Below, piece by piece: positions 33,637 through 45,958 of a stretch of DNA of 64,000 bases. This stretch comes from Spirochaetia bacterium. GTDB taxonomy: Bacteria > Spirochaetota > Spirochaetia > SZUA-6 > Bin103. A program made the position numbers and the translations under genes. Within the stretch, counting starts at the first letter, position 1. Each line of letters opens with the position of its first letter. The notes beneath the pieces are model-generated. The model made no database searches and was not told the DNA's origin. It worked only from the letters and a program-made list of their open reading frames with translations. The DNA is taken from positions 736,001 to 800,000 of the forward strand of contig OZ241863.1 in NCBI GenBank assembly GCA_965203055.1, read 5' to 3'.

Positions 33637-34727
33637 GCACCGCCGCGGTCGAATGGCGCGACGCGCGCCTGAACGCGCGGCTCAAGGTTGCCCTGCTGGC
33701 GGCCCTGATCCTGCACGTCGTGGTGCTCATCGCGGTGCAGCTTCGCGCCGCGCTGGAAGCGGAGCAGCCGCGCGGCCCGATCACGATCCAGTTGCAGCCG
33801 ATCGCGCCGCCGGAGCCGGAGCCGATTGCGCCGCCGGAGCCGATCGCGCCGCCGGAGCCCGCGCCCAAGAGCGCCCCGGAGCCGCGCGAGGAGACTCCGG
33901 CGCCCACGCCGACGCCCGCGCCGGCCGCCGAGGCGCCGGCGCCGACTCCCGAACCGCCGGTCGCGCAACCGCGGTCGCAGCCGCTGCCGACGCCGCCGGC
34001 GCCGGCGGAGACGCCCACCGCCCCGCTGCCGGCGGCGCCCCAGCCGGCCGCGGCGCCGCAGCCGGCCCCGGCGCCGGTGGTGGCCAACCGGCCGCCGCCG
34101 CCGCCCGCGGTATCGCGCGCCGAAGCCGCGGCCGCGGCGCAGCAACTCGCCCGCGCGGCGCTGCAGACGTTGGCGCCGACTCCCGACGCCGGTGACGAGC
34201 CTACCAACTTCGGCGCCCCGGTAGCGGCCCTGGCCGACGCGCCGCCGGCGCCGGTCGTATCGGAGACCCAACGCCCGTCGGTGGGAACCCCCTCCGCGAC
34301 CTACGACCAGGCATCCAATGCGCAGCGGGTGGCCGGTATCGACAAGAATCTTGCCGCGGGCAGCCCGCCGGCGGGGGGGAGCGCCCCGGCCGACGGAGTG
34401 CTGGCGGCCGGTACGGCGCGGGGCAGCGCCGTCGGCGGCGGCCCCTCGGGAGTGCTGTGGGACGGCGACGGCGCAGGCTGCGGCGAACCGGTGGTTGATC
34501 CGCCGCCGGCTACCGGAGGGATCGACGGCGGCGGCATGACCTACCACATCGAGGTGCAGTTCCGGCTGGACGGTACCGGCCTGGTGCTCAGTCCGCGGAT
34601 CACCACCGGCAGCGGCAACAGCCAGCTCGACAACGCGGTGCTCAGCGCCGCGCGCGGCATGCGATTCGACTGCTCCTCCGAAGCGCGCGGGCGCCGAATC
34701 TACCAAGTCAAACCGGGCGGCAGATAG
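33633..34727 (+). CDS. tonB: TonB/TolA-family energy transducer
   Basis: N-terminal TM with His (ALILH), EP/AP-rich linker, C-terminal G...SGN.QLDNAVL.AAR..RF domain. Confidence 0.8.
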   Translation: MSTAAVEWRDARLNARLKVALLAALILHVVVLIAVQLRAALEAEQPRGPITIQLQPIAPPEPEPIAPPEPIAPPEPAPKSAPEPREETPAPTPTPAPAAEAPAPTPEPPVAQPRSQPLPTPPAPAETPTAPLPAAPQPAAAPQPAPAPVVANRPPPPPAVSRAEAAAAAQQLARAALQTLAPTPDAGDEPTNFGAPVAALADAPPAPVVSETQRPSVGTPSATYDQASNAQRVAGIDKNLAAGSPPAGGSAPADGVLAAGTARGSAVGGGPSGVLWDGDGAGCGEPVVDPPPATGGIDGGGMTYHIEVQFRLDGTGLVLSPRITTGSGNSQLDNAVLSAARGMRFDCSSEARGRRIYQVKPGGR

Positions 34728-34736
34728 GAGTTCTTC

Positions 34737-34773
34737 GCGGCCCGGCGCGGGCGGAGCGCCGGGCCGCCCTTTT
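34737..34773 (+). terminator. Putative intrinsic terminator after tonB
   Basis: Perfect 12-bp stem GCGGCCCGGCGC/GCGCCGGGCCGC, 7-nt loop, then CCTTTT. Confidence 0.55.
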
Positions 34774-34836
34774 GGGGAGCCCGGCGCGCGGCCCGCGCCG
34801 GCTGCTCAATCGGCGCCGGCTCATGGTACGGTCCTG

Positions 34837-35556
34837 GTGAACCACCTCATGGCAGCTTTCCGTAGCCCTCCGTTGCGCGCCGTGGTCTTCGACGTCGACG
34901 GCACGCTGTATCCCATCCGCCAGATCGTGCGCCGCTCCTGGCCGCTGGTGTGCCGCCACGCGCGTCTGTTCCGCGCCTTCGGCCGCGCCCGGCGCGCGTT
35001 GCGCGGCGAGCGGCCCGGCGCCCGGCTGCGCCAGCGGCAGGCGGAGCTGGTGGCCGGCTTCCTCGGCATCGACGCCGAGTCGGCGGCCGAGGCGGTGGAG
35101 CGGGTGGTGTACCGGCAGTGGCCGCGCACCTTCCGGCGGCTGCGGCCCTATGCGCAGGTGGCCGCCACGCTGGCCCGGCTGCGGGCGGACGGCCTGCGGC
35201 TGGGAGTGGTCTCCGATTCCCCGTTCATCCGCCAGAAGTTGTCGGCGTTGGGTCTGGCCGCGGGCTGGCGCGGGGTGGTCAGCGCCGACGAGGCGGGAGC
35301 GTTGAAGCCCAATCCGGAACCGTTCCTGCTGGTGTTGCGCCGGCTGCAGGTGGCACCGGAGGAAGTGCTGTTCGTGGGCAACAGCTACGCGCTCGACGTG
35401 GTCGGCGCGCACCGCGTCGGCATGCGCGCCGCGCACCTGACGCGCCGTCCGGTGGCCTCGGGGGTGGCCGCGGTATCGTTTCCCAACTACCGCTCCTTCC
35501 CGGAGATTGCGCCGCCTGCCGGAGTACGCGCGGCCGGAAGCCGGCGCCAGGTTTGA
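34837..35556 (+). CDS. HAD-superfamily hydrolase
   Basis: FDVDGTL motif I, VVSD, KPNP, VGNS..DV. Confidence 0.88.
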   Translation: MNHLMAAFRSPPLRAVVFDVDGTLYPIRQIVRRSWPLVCRHARLFRAFGRARRALRGERPGARLRQRQAELVAGFLGIDAESAAEAVERVVYRQWPRTFRRLRPYAQVAATLARLRADGLRLGVVSDSPFIRQKLSALGLAAGWRGVVSADEAGALKPNPEPFLLVLRRLQVAPEEVLFVGNSYALDVVGAHRVGMRAAHLTRRPVASGVAAVSFPNYRSFPEIAPPAGVRAAGSRRQV

Positions 35557-35637
35557 CAGTCCCCGCTGCCGGCGGCTAACATGGCGGCGCTGCGTGCCAC
35601 GAGTCCCGGGCGCGGCATTGGGGAGGGGGACGCACCA

Positions 35638-36798
35638 ATGTTCTCAGTCGGCAACCTCATCACCCTGCTGGTGGTGGTGGCCATACTGTTCGCCTACCGC
35701 TACTTCGATGCAAGGCGCGGCGCGCTGGACAAGGTGAAGCGCTACGCCGACCGCGTGGCCAAGGGCGTCGCGCAGTCGGTCGATCAGAAGGCGGCGGAGG
35801 TCCGGGACCTGGCGATCGAGTTGCAGGTCAACCTCAAGACCGGAGCGGAGTTGCTGAAGCGGGTGCGCGCCATCGCGGGCGGATTGACCGACCGGGTCGG
35901 CGAAGTGGAGCGCCTCGGGGAGCGGCTGCGGGCCCACGACGCGACCGTCACCGAGCTGGCGCGCGGGACCAGGGCGGCGCAGGAGGAGTTGCGTCAGGTA
36001 GCGGCGGAGTGCGCGGCGATTCCCGCTCTCAAGGAGCGCCTCGGCGGGGTTCGCGGGGAGACCGCCGGTCTGGAACTGCGGGTCCGCGGCGCGGCCGCGG
36101 CGGTGACGGAGCTCGATCAGCGCATCGCCGGGTTGCTGGCCCAGCGGGAGGAGCTGCACGGGGTGCGGCGGGATCTGGCGCAGGCGCGCGAACTGGGCAA
36201 CGAGGTGCTGCTGAAGGCGGGCCAGTTGCAGGCGCAGCACCGGCAAGTCGAAACCCTGCACGGCGCGGTTCACGCGCTGGAGCAGGACGTGGAGCGGCTG
36301 CATCCCGGAGTCGGCGAAGCGCGCGCCACGCTGGCGCGGCTGCAGGACCAGATTCAGAGCCTGGCGGCCGGTTCGGACCGCGCCGCCGAGGCGCTCGCGG
36401 CCCTGGGCCGGATCGATGCGGCGATGGCCGAGGCGGAACAGCGCGCGGCCCGGTTGCAAGTGGCCCGAGAGTGGCTCGCGCGCACCGAGACCCGGCTCGC
36501 CGAGGTGGGCGCCGGCGCGCAGGAACAGGTGCGCCTGCTGGAGGCGCTGCTCCGCGAGGAGCGCTCCTCCGCCGCGGCCGAGAACGGTTCCGCGGCGCTC
36601 GGCAAGCGCGAAACGGTGCTCAAGTTGGCCGCTCAGGGCTGGTCGGTGCCCGAGATCGCCCGCGCGGCCCGGCTCAGCCGCGGCGAGGTGGAGCTTACCC
36701 TGGAGGTCGGCGCCAGCTCGGCCCGGAGCCTGCCCGAATACCAGCCGGCCGCCGCGCGAGCCGGCGGAGCGCCGCCGCCGGCGGCGCCGGTAGAGTAG
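35638..36798 (+). CDS. Membrane-anchored coiled-coil protein with a C-terminal HTH-like segment
   Basis: N-terminal TM, heptad-rich body, KLAAQGWSVPEIARAARLSRGEVELTLE; GGAGGGG RBS before ATG 35638. Confidence 0.75.
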   Translation: MFSVGNLITLLVVVAILFAYRYFDARRGALDKVKRYADRVAKGVAQSVDQKAAEVRDLAIELQVNLKTGAELLKRVRAIAGGLTDRVGEVERLGERLRAHDATVTELARGTRAAQEELRQVAAECAAIPALKERLGGVRGETAGLELRVRGAAAAVTELDQRIAGLLAQREELHGVRRDLAQARELGNEVLLKAGQLQAQHRQVETLHGAVHALEQDVERLHPGVGEARATLARLQDQIQSLAAGSDRAAEALAALGRIDAAMAEAEQRAARLQVAREWLARTETRLAEVGAGAQEQVRLLEALLREERSSAAAENGSAALGKRETVLKLAAQGWSVPEIARAARLSRGEVELTLEVGASSARSLPEYQPAAARAGGAPPPAAPVE

Positions 36799-36820
36799 CC
36801 CGCCCCCGAGGAACCGCACC

Positions 36821-37846
36821 GTGCAACTGCTGCCTGACAATCTCGCCGTCAACCTGGCGGTCATCGTCGTGGCCTTCGGCGTGCTCGCCTACTGCGCCGA
36901 CTTTCTGGTCGATGGCGCGGTCGGCATCGCTCAGCGGCTGCGCGTTCCGAAGATCGTCATCGGCATCGTGCTGGTGGGATTCGCCACCACCTCGCCGGAG
37001 CTTACCGTGTCCCTCCTGGCGGCGCTGCGCGGGCACCCGGAGCTGGCGCTGGGCAACGCCATCGGGTCGGTCATCGTCGACGACGCGGTAGCGCTGGGGC
37101 TGGGCATCCTGGTGGCGCCGGTGGCCATTGCGGTCGATTCCAAGGTGCTCAAGACCACCGGCCTGTTCCTCGCCGCGGTGGCGGTGGTCAGTTTCGCGCT
37201 GGCGGCGAACGGCACCGTCTCGCGGCTGGAAGGGGCCGCGCTGCTGGCCATTCACGTGGCCTATCTGACCGCGGTGCTGGTGGTCGAGGGCCGGCGGCGG
37301 CGGGCGCGGGCGCAGGATGCGGATGCGGATGCCGGCGGCGAGGACGCCGGCGGCGAAGCGGAGGAGCAGGGCAAGCCGGGCGGGCTCGGAGCGCAGTTGC
37401 TGCGCCTGCTCGGCGGGGTTGCCGGTATCGTGGTGGCCAGCGAGCTGCTGGTGGAGTCGGCCACCTTCGTAGCCCGCGTCGTGGGCGCCTCCGAGGCGAT
37501 AATCGGGCTGACCATCATCGCCGTCGGCACCTCGCTGCCGGAGATCGCGACCAACATCTCCGCCGGTCGCCGGGGGCACGGCGATCTGGCCCTGGGCAAT
37601 ATCCTCGGCGCCGACATCCTCAACCTGCTGTGGATCATCGGCGCGTCGGCGCTGGCCAACCCGATCCGGGTAGATCGCTCGGTGGTGTTCTACTCGTTCC
37701 CCTGGATGCTGGTGATCGTCGGCACCATGTTGCTGCTGTGCCGCATCGGCTACCGGCTGCCGCGCTGGAAGGGCGTGGTCCTGGTCGGCCTCTACCTGAT
37801 CTATCTGGTCATGACGATCGTGGTCTTCTACCTGAACGGCGCCTGA
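36821..37846 (+). CDS. Calcium/sodium antiporter (CaCA, YrbG-like)
   Basis: Two alpha repeats ATTSPE...GNAIGS and GTSLPE...GNILGAD; about 10 TM. Confidence 0.93.
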   Translation: MQLLPDNLAVNLAVIVVAFGVLAYCADFLVDGAVGIAQRLRVPKIVIGIVLVGFATTSPELTVSLLAALRGHPELALGNAIGSVIVDDAVALGLGILVAPVAIAVDSKVLKTTGLFLAAVAVVSFALAANGTVSRLEGAALLAIHVAYLTAVLVVEGRRRRARAQDADADAGGEDAGGEAEEQGKPGGLGAQLLRLLGGVAGIVVASELLVESATFVARVVGASEAIIGLTIIAVGTSLPEIATNISAGRRGHGDLALGNILGADILNLLWIIGASALANPIRVDRSVVFYSFPWMLVIVGTMLLLCRIGYRLPRWKGVVLVGLYLIYLVMTIVVFYLNGA

Positions 37847-37859
37847 CTCCCGCCTGCCG

Positions 37860-37890
37860 CCGCGCCGCCGCCCCGGCGGCGGCGGCGCGG
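37860..37890. terminator. GC-rich hairpin between the antiporter and grpE
   Basis: Perfect inverted repeat CCGCGCCGCCGCC/GGCGGCGGCGCGG; no U-tract. Confidence 0.35.
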
Positions 37891-37900
37891 CGGGAACTCC

Positions 37901-37930
37901 TTGACCGCGATGAAAGGCGGTTATTACCTT
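37901..37930 (+). promoter_or_regulatory. Putative promoter of grpE-dnaK-dnaJ
   Basis: TTGACC at 37901 with AT-rich TTATTACCTT at 37921-37930. Confidence 0.4.
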
Positions 37931-38009
37931 ACCGTTGCGCTTCAGCCGTCGGTCAGGGCGGCGAGTGATGGGGCCGCCCCGGCCTCACCTCGGTAGCGCG
38001 CTACGCAGT

Positions 38010-38834
38010 ATGACGAAGAAACGTTTCGGCAACGGTGGTTCGCGGGGTGGCCGCTCCGGCCGGGGAAGACGGCGCGCCGAGACCGAGCACCCCGCCGCAC
38101 CGGCCAGCGGCGCTGCCGCAGCGGCGGAGCGCGCGGCTCAGCCGGAGGAGGCGGCCGGCGCGGATGCGGCCGACGGCAGCGGCGCCGGGAGCGACCCGCG
38201 CGGCCCGGACGGCGGAGCGCCGGTCAGCGAAGCGCCCGGCGGCGAAGCGGCGGGCGCCGCCGGCGCCAGGGACACGGCGCCTGACGCGGCCGCCGAGAGC
38301 GCCGCGGACGCGGCGCCGTGCGAAGTCGCGCAGGCCGAACAGTTGGACCAGCTTCGCGGCCAGATTGCAACGCTGCAGGACGAGTTGTTGCGCAAGCAGG
38401 CCGACTTCGAGAACTTCCGCAAGCGCATCAATCGGGACAAGGAAGAGGCCATCAAGTTCGCCAACAAAGGTCTCCTGCTCGATCTCACCGCGGTGCTCGA
38501 CGACTTCGAACGGGCCAGCTCGGCAGCCGCTCAGAGCGAGGACTTCGCTACCTTGCGCAGCGGCATCGAGTTGATCGAGAAGCAGCTCTTGAGCACCTTG
38601 CAGCGCAAGTGGGGGCTTACCCGGTTCGAATCGGCGGGCCAGCCGTTCGATCCGGAGCGCCACGAAGCGCTGACCTCCGCGCCGTCAGCCGACCACACCG
38701 AGACCACGGTGATCGAGGATTACCAGAAGGGTTACACGCTGCACGGGCGCGTCATCCGCGCGGCGCGGGTACGCGTCGTAACGCCGCTGGAGCGAGCTGC
38801 CGGCGATCGCGAGTCCGCCGCGAAAGGAGTATAG
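38010..38834 (+). CDS. grpE: Nucleotide exchange factor GrpE (long disordered N-terminus; start uncertain)
   Basis: [44 protein letters not shown]. Confidence 0.95.
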   Translation: MTKKRFGNGGSRGGRSGRGRRRAETEHPAAPASGAAAAAERAAQPEEAAGADAADGSGAGSDPRGPDGGAPVSEAPGGEAAGAAGARDTAPDAAAESAADAAPCEVAQAEQLDQLRGQIATLQDELLRKQADFENFRKRINRDKEEAIKFANKGLLLDLTAVLDDFERASSAAAQSEDFATLRSGIELIEKQLLSTLQRKWGLTRFESAGQPFDPERHEALTSAPSADHTETTVIEDYQKGYTLHGRVIRAARVRVVTPLERAAGDRESAAKGV

Positions 38835-38839
38835 CAGGC

Positions 38840-40834
<1,995 letters not shown>

Positions 40835-40865
40835 CCGGGACTCACCTGATTAGGATCGCGAGCGG

Positions 40866-41993
40866 TTGGCCAAGCGGGATTATTACGACGTACTGGGGGT
40901 CGACAAGAGCGCGGCCCTCGATGACATAAAGAAGGCGTACCGCAAGCTCGCGATTCGCTATCACCCCGACAAGAATCCCGGCGACCAGGCGGCCGAGGAG
41001 AAGTTCAAGGAGGCCACCGAAGCCTACGACGTACTCTCCGATACCCGCAAGCGAGAGGCCTACGATCAGTTCGGCTTCGCCGGCGTCGACGGCATGCGCG
41101 GCGGCGGAACGCAGGACTTCTCGCACGTGTTCCGCGACTTCGAGGACATCTTCGGCGACTTCGGGGGCATCTTCGACTCGCTGTTCGGCGGTGGCCGGCG
41201 GCGCGCTCCCGGGGCGCGCGCCGGTGTCGTACGCGGCGACGATCTACGCTACGACTTGAAGGTGCCGTTCGCCGACGCGGTGTTCGGCAGCGACGTGGAG
41301 ATCGCCTTCACCCGCCGCGAGGCATGCGATCCGTGCCGCGGCACCGGCGTGGCCGGCGGGGCGGGCCGCGCCATCTGTCCGAGCTGCGGCGGCAGCGGTC
41401 AAGTGCGGCGCAGCTCGGGGTTCTTCTCGATTGCGTCCACCTGCCCCCAATGCGAGGGCGCCGGGGACGTCGTCGAGCATCCGTGCCAGCATTGCCGCGG
41501 CAGCGGCCGGCAACGCCGCAACCGGCGCATCAAGATCACCATTCCGCAGGGCATCGAGCCGGGAAAGCGCATCCAGATTCCGGGCGAAGGCGACGGCGCG
41601 AGCGGCAACCGGCCGCCCGGCGACCTGTACGTCTACATCCACATCCAGCCGCATGAACTGTTCGAGCGGCACGGCAACGACCTGTACTGCGTAATCCGGG
41701 TGGGGGTCGTGCAGGCCGCGCTGGGTGCGGACATCGTGGTCCCGACCCTGGACCAGCGGCGGGTCAAGGTCAGGATTCCGGCCGGCACCCAGAACGGCAA
41801 GATGCTGCGGTTGCGCAACGAGGGCGTCCCGTACCGGGGCGAGCGTCACCGGCGCGGCAATCTCTACATCCGCGTGCTGATCAAGATCCCGGAGAAGGTG
41901 CCGGCGCGCGCGCGCCATCTGCTGGAAGAGTTCTCCCGCATCGTGCCGGACGACGACACCCCGCAACCCGTACCCCTGGCCGAGCTAGAGTAG
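40866..41993 (+). CDS. dnaJ: Chaperone DnaJ
   Basis: J domain with HPD, G/F region, four CxxCxGxG repeats; TTG start. Confidence 0.98.
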   Translation: MAKRDYYDVLGVDKSAALDDIKKAYRKLAIRYHPDKNPGDQAAEEKFKEATEAYDVLSDTRKREAYDQFGFAGVDGMRGGGTQDFSHVFRDFEDIFGDFGGIFDSLFGGGRRRAPGARAGVVRGDDLRYDLKVPFADAVFGSDVEIAFTRREACDPCRGTGVAGGAGRAICPSCGGSGQVRRSSGFFSIASTCPQCEGAGDVVEHPCQHCRGSGRQRRNRRIKITIPQGIEPGKRIQIPGEGDGASGNRPPGDLYVYIHIQPHELFERHGNDLYCVIRVGVVQAALGADIVVPTLDQRRVKVRIPAGTQNGKMLRLRNEGVPYRGERHRRGNLYIRVLIKIPEKVPARARHLLEEFSRIVPDDDTPQPVPLAELE

Positions 41994-41998
41994 TCCAG

Positions 41999-43342
41999 AT
42001 GCCCGGCGGCGCGGCGCTGGTGGTGGGCACGGCCGTGGCCGCCCTGCTCGGCGCCCAGATTGTGGTAGCCGCCCTGCGTACCCCGGCCGCGCCGCGGCGC
42101 GCCGAGGCGGTCTGGTTCATGCTGTTCCTTGGCGCGATGCTGGTGATGGCGCTGACCCCGGCCACCGGTCCGGCCGGTCTGGCGGCCACCGCGGTGTTGT
42201 TGTGGGTGGCGGGCGCCTACCTCACCGCGCGCGACGGCGAGCGCGTGCCGCGGCGCTGGCACGCGCTGGCGGGCGCGGCGACCGGCGTGGTCGTGGGGTG
42301 CCTGCTGGCCGGCTGGTGGGGCAGCGCCCGCTGGCTGTTGCCGATGGCAGCCACCGCGGCGCTCGCGGTCTACCCGTGGCGGCGCCTGTGCGGGCGGCGC
42401 CACCTGCGCAAGGGAGCCGCGGACTGGTATCTCTGCAGCACCGGCCTGCTGCCGGTCGCGGGGGCGCTGGGAGATCAGGTGGTACAGCTCCTGGGCGCCC
42501 CGGCGCCGTCGTTGGCGGTCGCCGGCGTCGGCGTGCTGACGCTGGGCTCCGGCTACTTTCTGACCGAGTTGAACTACCTGCGCGGGACGCCGGGCGGCGG
42601 TCTCGCCGGCCAGATGCGCCGCCTGCAGCGTCTGCGCCGCCGGCTGGAGCACGCTGAAGAGAGCCTGTTGCTGCAGAACCGCCTGGAGACCGTGGGTTAC
42701 CTCACGGCCGGCGTCTCCCACGAGTTCAAGAATATCCTGGCTCACATCAAGACCACCGCGGAATGGGGTATGAAAGCCGCGATCCTGTCCGACGCGGCCC
42801 GCGCCCTGCGTCTCATTCGCCGTCACGTGGGCGCCGGGGTAGCCGGAGTCAACGAGATGCTCACTACCGTGCTGCGCGGCGGACCGGAGCAGCGCACCGA
42901 GGTACGGGTGCGCGAGGAACTGGGGCAGATGTTGGGAATGGTGACGGCCTCCTACCAGGCCGAGCAGGTGACCGTGGACCTGCAGGTGCCGCCGGCCTTC
43001 ACGGTAGTCACCCGCAAGCGGGAACTGCTGCTGGCGCTGCTGAACCTCCTGCAGAACGGGGCGCAGATCACGGCCGAGCGCGTAGCCGGCGGCGGCTCGG
43101 TGACGGTGGCCGGCCGCGCCACCGCCGAGCAGCGCATCCTGGAGGTGACCGATGCCGCGGGCGGAGTAGAACCGGAAGCGGCCGCCCGCCTGTTCGACTG
43201 GGGATACACCACCGGTTCGGGCACCGGTCTCGGCCTGCACCTCGCGCGGCGCCTGGTGGAACGCAACGGCGGCACGCTGACCTATCACGCCCGGCCCGAC
43301 GGAAGCTGCTTTCGCATCGTCTTGCCGCGGGAGCCGGCGTGA
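41999..43342 (+). CDS. Membrane sensor histidine kinase (no adjacent response regulator)
   Basis: Hydrophobic N-half; H-box AGVSHEFKN, N-box NLLQN, G2 GTGLGL. Confidence 0.85.
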   Translation: MPGGAALVVGTAVAALLGAQIVVAALRTPAAPRRAEAVWFMLFLGAMLVMALTPATGPAGLAATAVLLWVAGAYLTARDGERVPRRWHALAGAATGVVVGCLLAGWWGSARWLLPMAATAALAVYPWRRLCGRRHLRKGAADWYLCSTGLLPVAGALGDQVVQLLGAPAPSLAVAGVGVLTLGSGYFLTELNYLRGTPGGGLAGQMRRLQRLRRRLEHAEESLLLQNRLETVGYLTAGVSHEFKNILAHIKTTAEWGMKAAILSDAARALRLIRRHVGAGVAGVNEMLTTVLRGGPEQRTEVRVREELGQMLGMVTASYQAEQVTVDLQVPPAFTVVTRKRELLLALLNLLQNGAQITAERVAGGGSVTVAGRATAEQRILEVTDAAGGVEPEAAARLFDWGYTTGSGTGLGLHLARRLVERNGGTLTYHARPDGSCFRIVLPREPA

Positions 43343-44247
43343 CGCCCTCCGGCGCCCGCCGCGGCGCCGCGCCGCAGGAGTTGTTCGACGACCAGGGACG
43401 CAGCCGCGGCTACTATGCGGCGGACAACCGGCTCAACGACCTGACCGGCCGGGAGTGGCTGTACTGGACGCGATCGGTAGTCAACCGGCCCTATCCGGCG
43501 AACTGCCAGCATGCCCTGCGCCGCGCCCATGGCGGGCAGAAGCCGCCCGACTTGTGCGCCGACCTGATTTGCGTCTTCAGCAAGCGCGGGCAGCGCGTGC
43601 TCGATCCGTTCATGGGGGTCGGCGGCGTGCTGCTGGGGGCGGCGCTGGCGGAACGCCGCGCAGTCGGGGTGGAGATCAACCCGCGCTGGATCGAGATCTA
43701 CCGCGAGGTGTGCCGCCGGGAGGGGCTGCCGGAGATGCCGGCCTGGGCCGGCGACGCCGGCAGCGTGCTGCCGCGGGTGGCGGGTCCCTTCGACCTGGTG
43801 TTCACCGACGTTCCCTACTGGAACATGGACGTGGCGCGGCGTTCCAAGGGCAGCTACAAGCGGGTGGAGGAGCGCGCGCGGCCGACCCCCGCGACCCGGT
43901 TGACCGAGTTCGGCAGCGCCTCCGGCTATCCCGACAAGGCGAGCTGGCTGGCCGCCATGGAGCGGGTGTTCCGCCTTGCCGCAGCCCGCCTCAAGAGCGG
44001 CGGCTACCTGCTTTCCTTCATCGGCGACATGTACACCGCCGGCGCCTACCATGCATTGTCGAACGACCTGGCGGCGATGCTCAGCGGCATCGAGCCGCTG
44101 GTGTGGCAGGCCAATCTGATCTGGTACGACGTGTCCAAGAAGCTGCACATCTACGGCTATCGCTATCGCTTCATTCCTTCGCTGGTGCACCAGAACATCC
44201 TGGTGTTTCGCAAGCAGGAGCCGGGCCCGGCGCCCGGCCGCGGGTGA
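43339..44247 (+). CDS. Orphan N4/N6-type DNA methyltransferase-like protein
   Basis: HGGQKP, VLDPFMGVGG (motif I), GVEIN, FTDVPYW (DPPY-like motif IV), LKSGG; GTGA overlap with the kinase. Confidence 0.75.
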   Translation: MTPSGARRGAAPQELFDDQGRSRGYYAADNRLNDLTGREWLYWTRSVVNRPYPANCQHALRRAHGGQKPPDLCADLICVFSKRGQRVLDPFMGVGGVLLGAALAERRAVGVEINPRWIEIYREVCRREGLPEMPAWAGDAGSVLPRVAGPFDLVFTDVPYWNMDVARRSKGSYKRVEERARPTPATRLTEFGSASGYPDKASWLAAMERVFRLAAARLKSGGYLLSFIGDMYTAGAYHALSNDLAAMLSGIEPLVWQANLIWYDVSKKLHIYGYRYRFIPSLVHQNILVFRKQEPGPAPGRG

Positions 44248-44257
44248 CCGCGGAAAG

Positions 44258-45076
44258 ATGGTGCTGTACGGCGTGCATCCGGTGGCCGAGCTGCTGCGCC
44301 GGCTGGCGGCGGAGGGCGGCGCCGCGCCGCGCCTGGAGCTGCTGCTGGCGCGCGACAACGCCGCCCTGCGCCAACTCCGGCGCCAGGCCGAGGCGCTGGC
44401 CATCCCGGTACGGGCCGTCTCGCCCGCGGAGCTGAGCGCGCGTTGCGGAAGCCGCGCCCACCGCGGGGCGGCGCTGGTGAGCGCCGGCCGCATACCGCCG
44501 GAGGGGCCGCGCTCGGAGCCGCCGCCGGCGCGGCGCCGCGCCGGCGGCGCCCCGGCAGGCGAACTCCGCGCGCAACTGGCGGAGCTGAGGCGGCGGCCCA
44601 CCGCCCTGGTGGTAGTGGCGGACGGCGTCAGCGACCCGGTGAATCTGGGCGCCATCACCCGCTGCGCGGACCAGTTCGCGGCTGATCTGCTGCTGATTCC
44701 GCGGCGCCGGGCGGCGCGCGTCAACGACACGGTCATGCGCGTGTCAGCCGGCGCCGCGGCGCACCTCACCACGGTCACGGTGGCCAACATCGCAGCCGCC
44801 CTGCAGCAGCTCAAGGCGATCGGCTGCTGGATCTACGGCGCCGACCTGCGCGGCGAGGCAGTCGATCAGGTACGGTTTCCGGCGCGCGTGGCGCTGGTGG
44901 TGGGGGCGGAAGGCGGCGGCCTGCACGGGCTGGTGCGCAGCCGCTGCGATCACCTGGTACGGATACCCACCGCCGGGCAGGTCGACTCCCTCAACGTCGG
45001 CGTTGCCGCCGGAATTGCGCTGTACGAGATCAGCCGCCAGCGGCGGCGCGCGGCCGCGGCCGGCGGGCGCGGTTGA
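44258..45076 (+). CDS. rlmB: TrmH/SpoU-family rRNA methyltransferase (RlmB-like)
   Basis: YGVHPV.E, DPVNLGAI.R, VGAEG.GL, SLNVGVAAGI.LYE. Confidence 0.85.
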   Translation: MVLYGVHPVAELLRRLAAEGGAAPRLELLLARDNAALRQLRRQAEALAIPVRAVSPAELSARCGSRAHRGAALVSAGRIPPEGPRSEPPPARRRAGGAPAGELRAQLAELRRRPTALVVVADGVSDPVNLGAITRCADQFAADLLLIPRRRAARVNDTVMRVSAGAAAHLTTVTVANIAAALQQLKAIGCWIYGADLRGEAVDQVRFPARVALVVGAEGGGLHGLVRSRCDHLVRIPTAGQVDSLNVGVAAGIALYEISRQRRRAAAAGGRG

Positions 45077-45115
45077 GGTTGCGCAGGGTCCGCCGGTGCG
45101 CCGGCGGCGCAGCGT

Positions 45116-45892
45116 TCAGGTGGCGTCCAGGGCGAAGAAGTCCAAGCTGTTCTGGTACAGCACTTCGGCCAGATCTTCTACTTCCATGCTGCGCTGCTGG
45201 GCTATGAAGTGCGCCGTGTCCGCAATGTAGGCCGGGCGGTTGCGCTTGCCGCGGTGGGCGGAGGGGACCATGAACGGTGACTCGGTCTCGATCAGCATGC
45301 GCTCCAGGGGGATCTGCTTCATGGTGTCGTGCAGGTTGCGGGAGTTGCGGTAGGTGACGTTGCCGGCGAAGGAAATGAACAGGTTGAGTTCCAGCGCTCG
45401 GCGCGCGTAGTTGCTGTCCTCCGAGTAGCAGTGCAGCACCCCGCCGCGGGACGGCAGCTTGTCGCGCAGTATTTGCAGCGTATCGGCGCCGGCGTCGCGG
45501 TTGTGGATGACCACCGGCAGGCGCAGGCGCTCGGCCATTTCCAGTTGCCGGACGAACAACTCCACCTGCGAGTCGCGATCGCCGTACTTGCGGAAGTAGT
45601 CGAGCCCGATCTCGCCGATCGCCACCACCCGCTCGCGCCCGGCGCAATCCTCCACCAGCGCCTCCCAGTCGCCGCTGAGAGAACCCACCTCGGACGGGGC
45701 GATACCGACGCCGTAGTGGATGTGAGACAGACTCCGCAGGTTGTCGTGAGTAATCGAGAAGTCGCGTAAGTTGCTGGATATGCTCAAGATGCCGCGGACT
45801 CCGGCTTGTTTCGCTTCCTCGCAGATGATAAGCTGTTCAACCGGATCATCGTGGATCAGGCCGATATGTGCATGGGTGTCGAAGAATCGCAT
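45116..45892 (-). CDS. tatD: TatD-family nuclease
   Basis: FDTHAH, AIGEIGLDY, IHNRDA, LHCYS, ETESPF. Confidence 0.93.
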   Translation of the reverse strand: MRFFDTHAHIGLIHDDPVEQLIICEEAKQAGVRGILSISSNLRDFSITHDNLRSLSHIHYGVGIAPSEVGSLSGDWEALVEDCAGRERVVAIGEIGLDYFRKYGDRDSQVELFVRQLEMAERLRLPVVIHNRDAGADTLQILRDKLPSRGGVLHCYSEDSNYARRALELNLFISFAGNVTYRNSRNLHDTMKQIPLERMLIETESPFMVPSAHRGKRNRPAYIADTAHFIAQQRSMEVEDLAEVLYQNSLDFFALDAT

Positions 45893-45958
45893 GTGGCTCA
45901 ATCGGATGAGGAACGAACCAAGCGTACCCCCCTGGCGAAGCATCGTCAACGTGACGCG

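Noticed and set aside
37850..38010. CIRCE operator or hrcA upstream of grpE-dnaK-dnaJ
   Set aside because: No TTAGCACTC-N9-GAGTGCTAA match and no hrcA ORF in the window.
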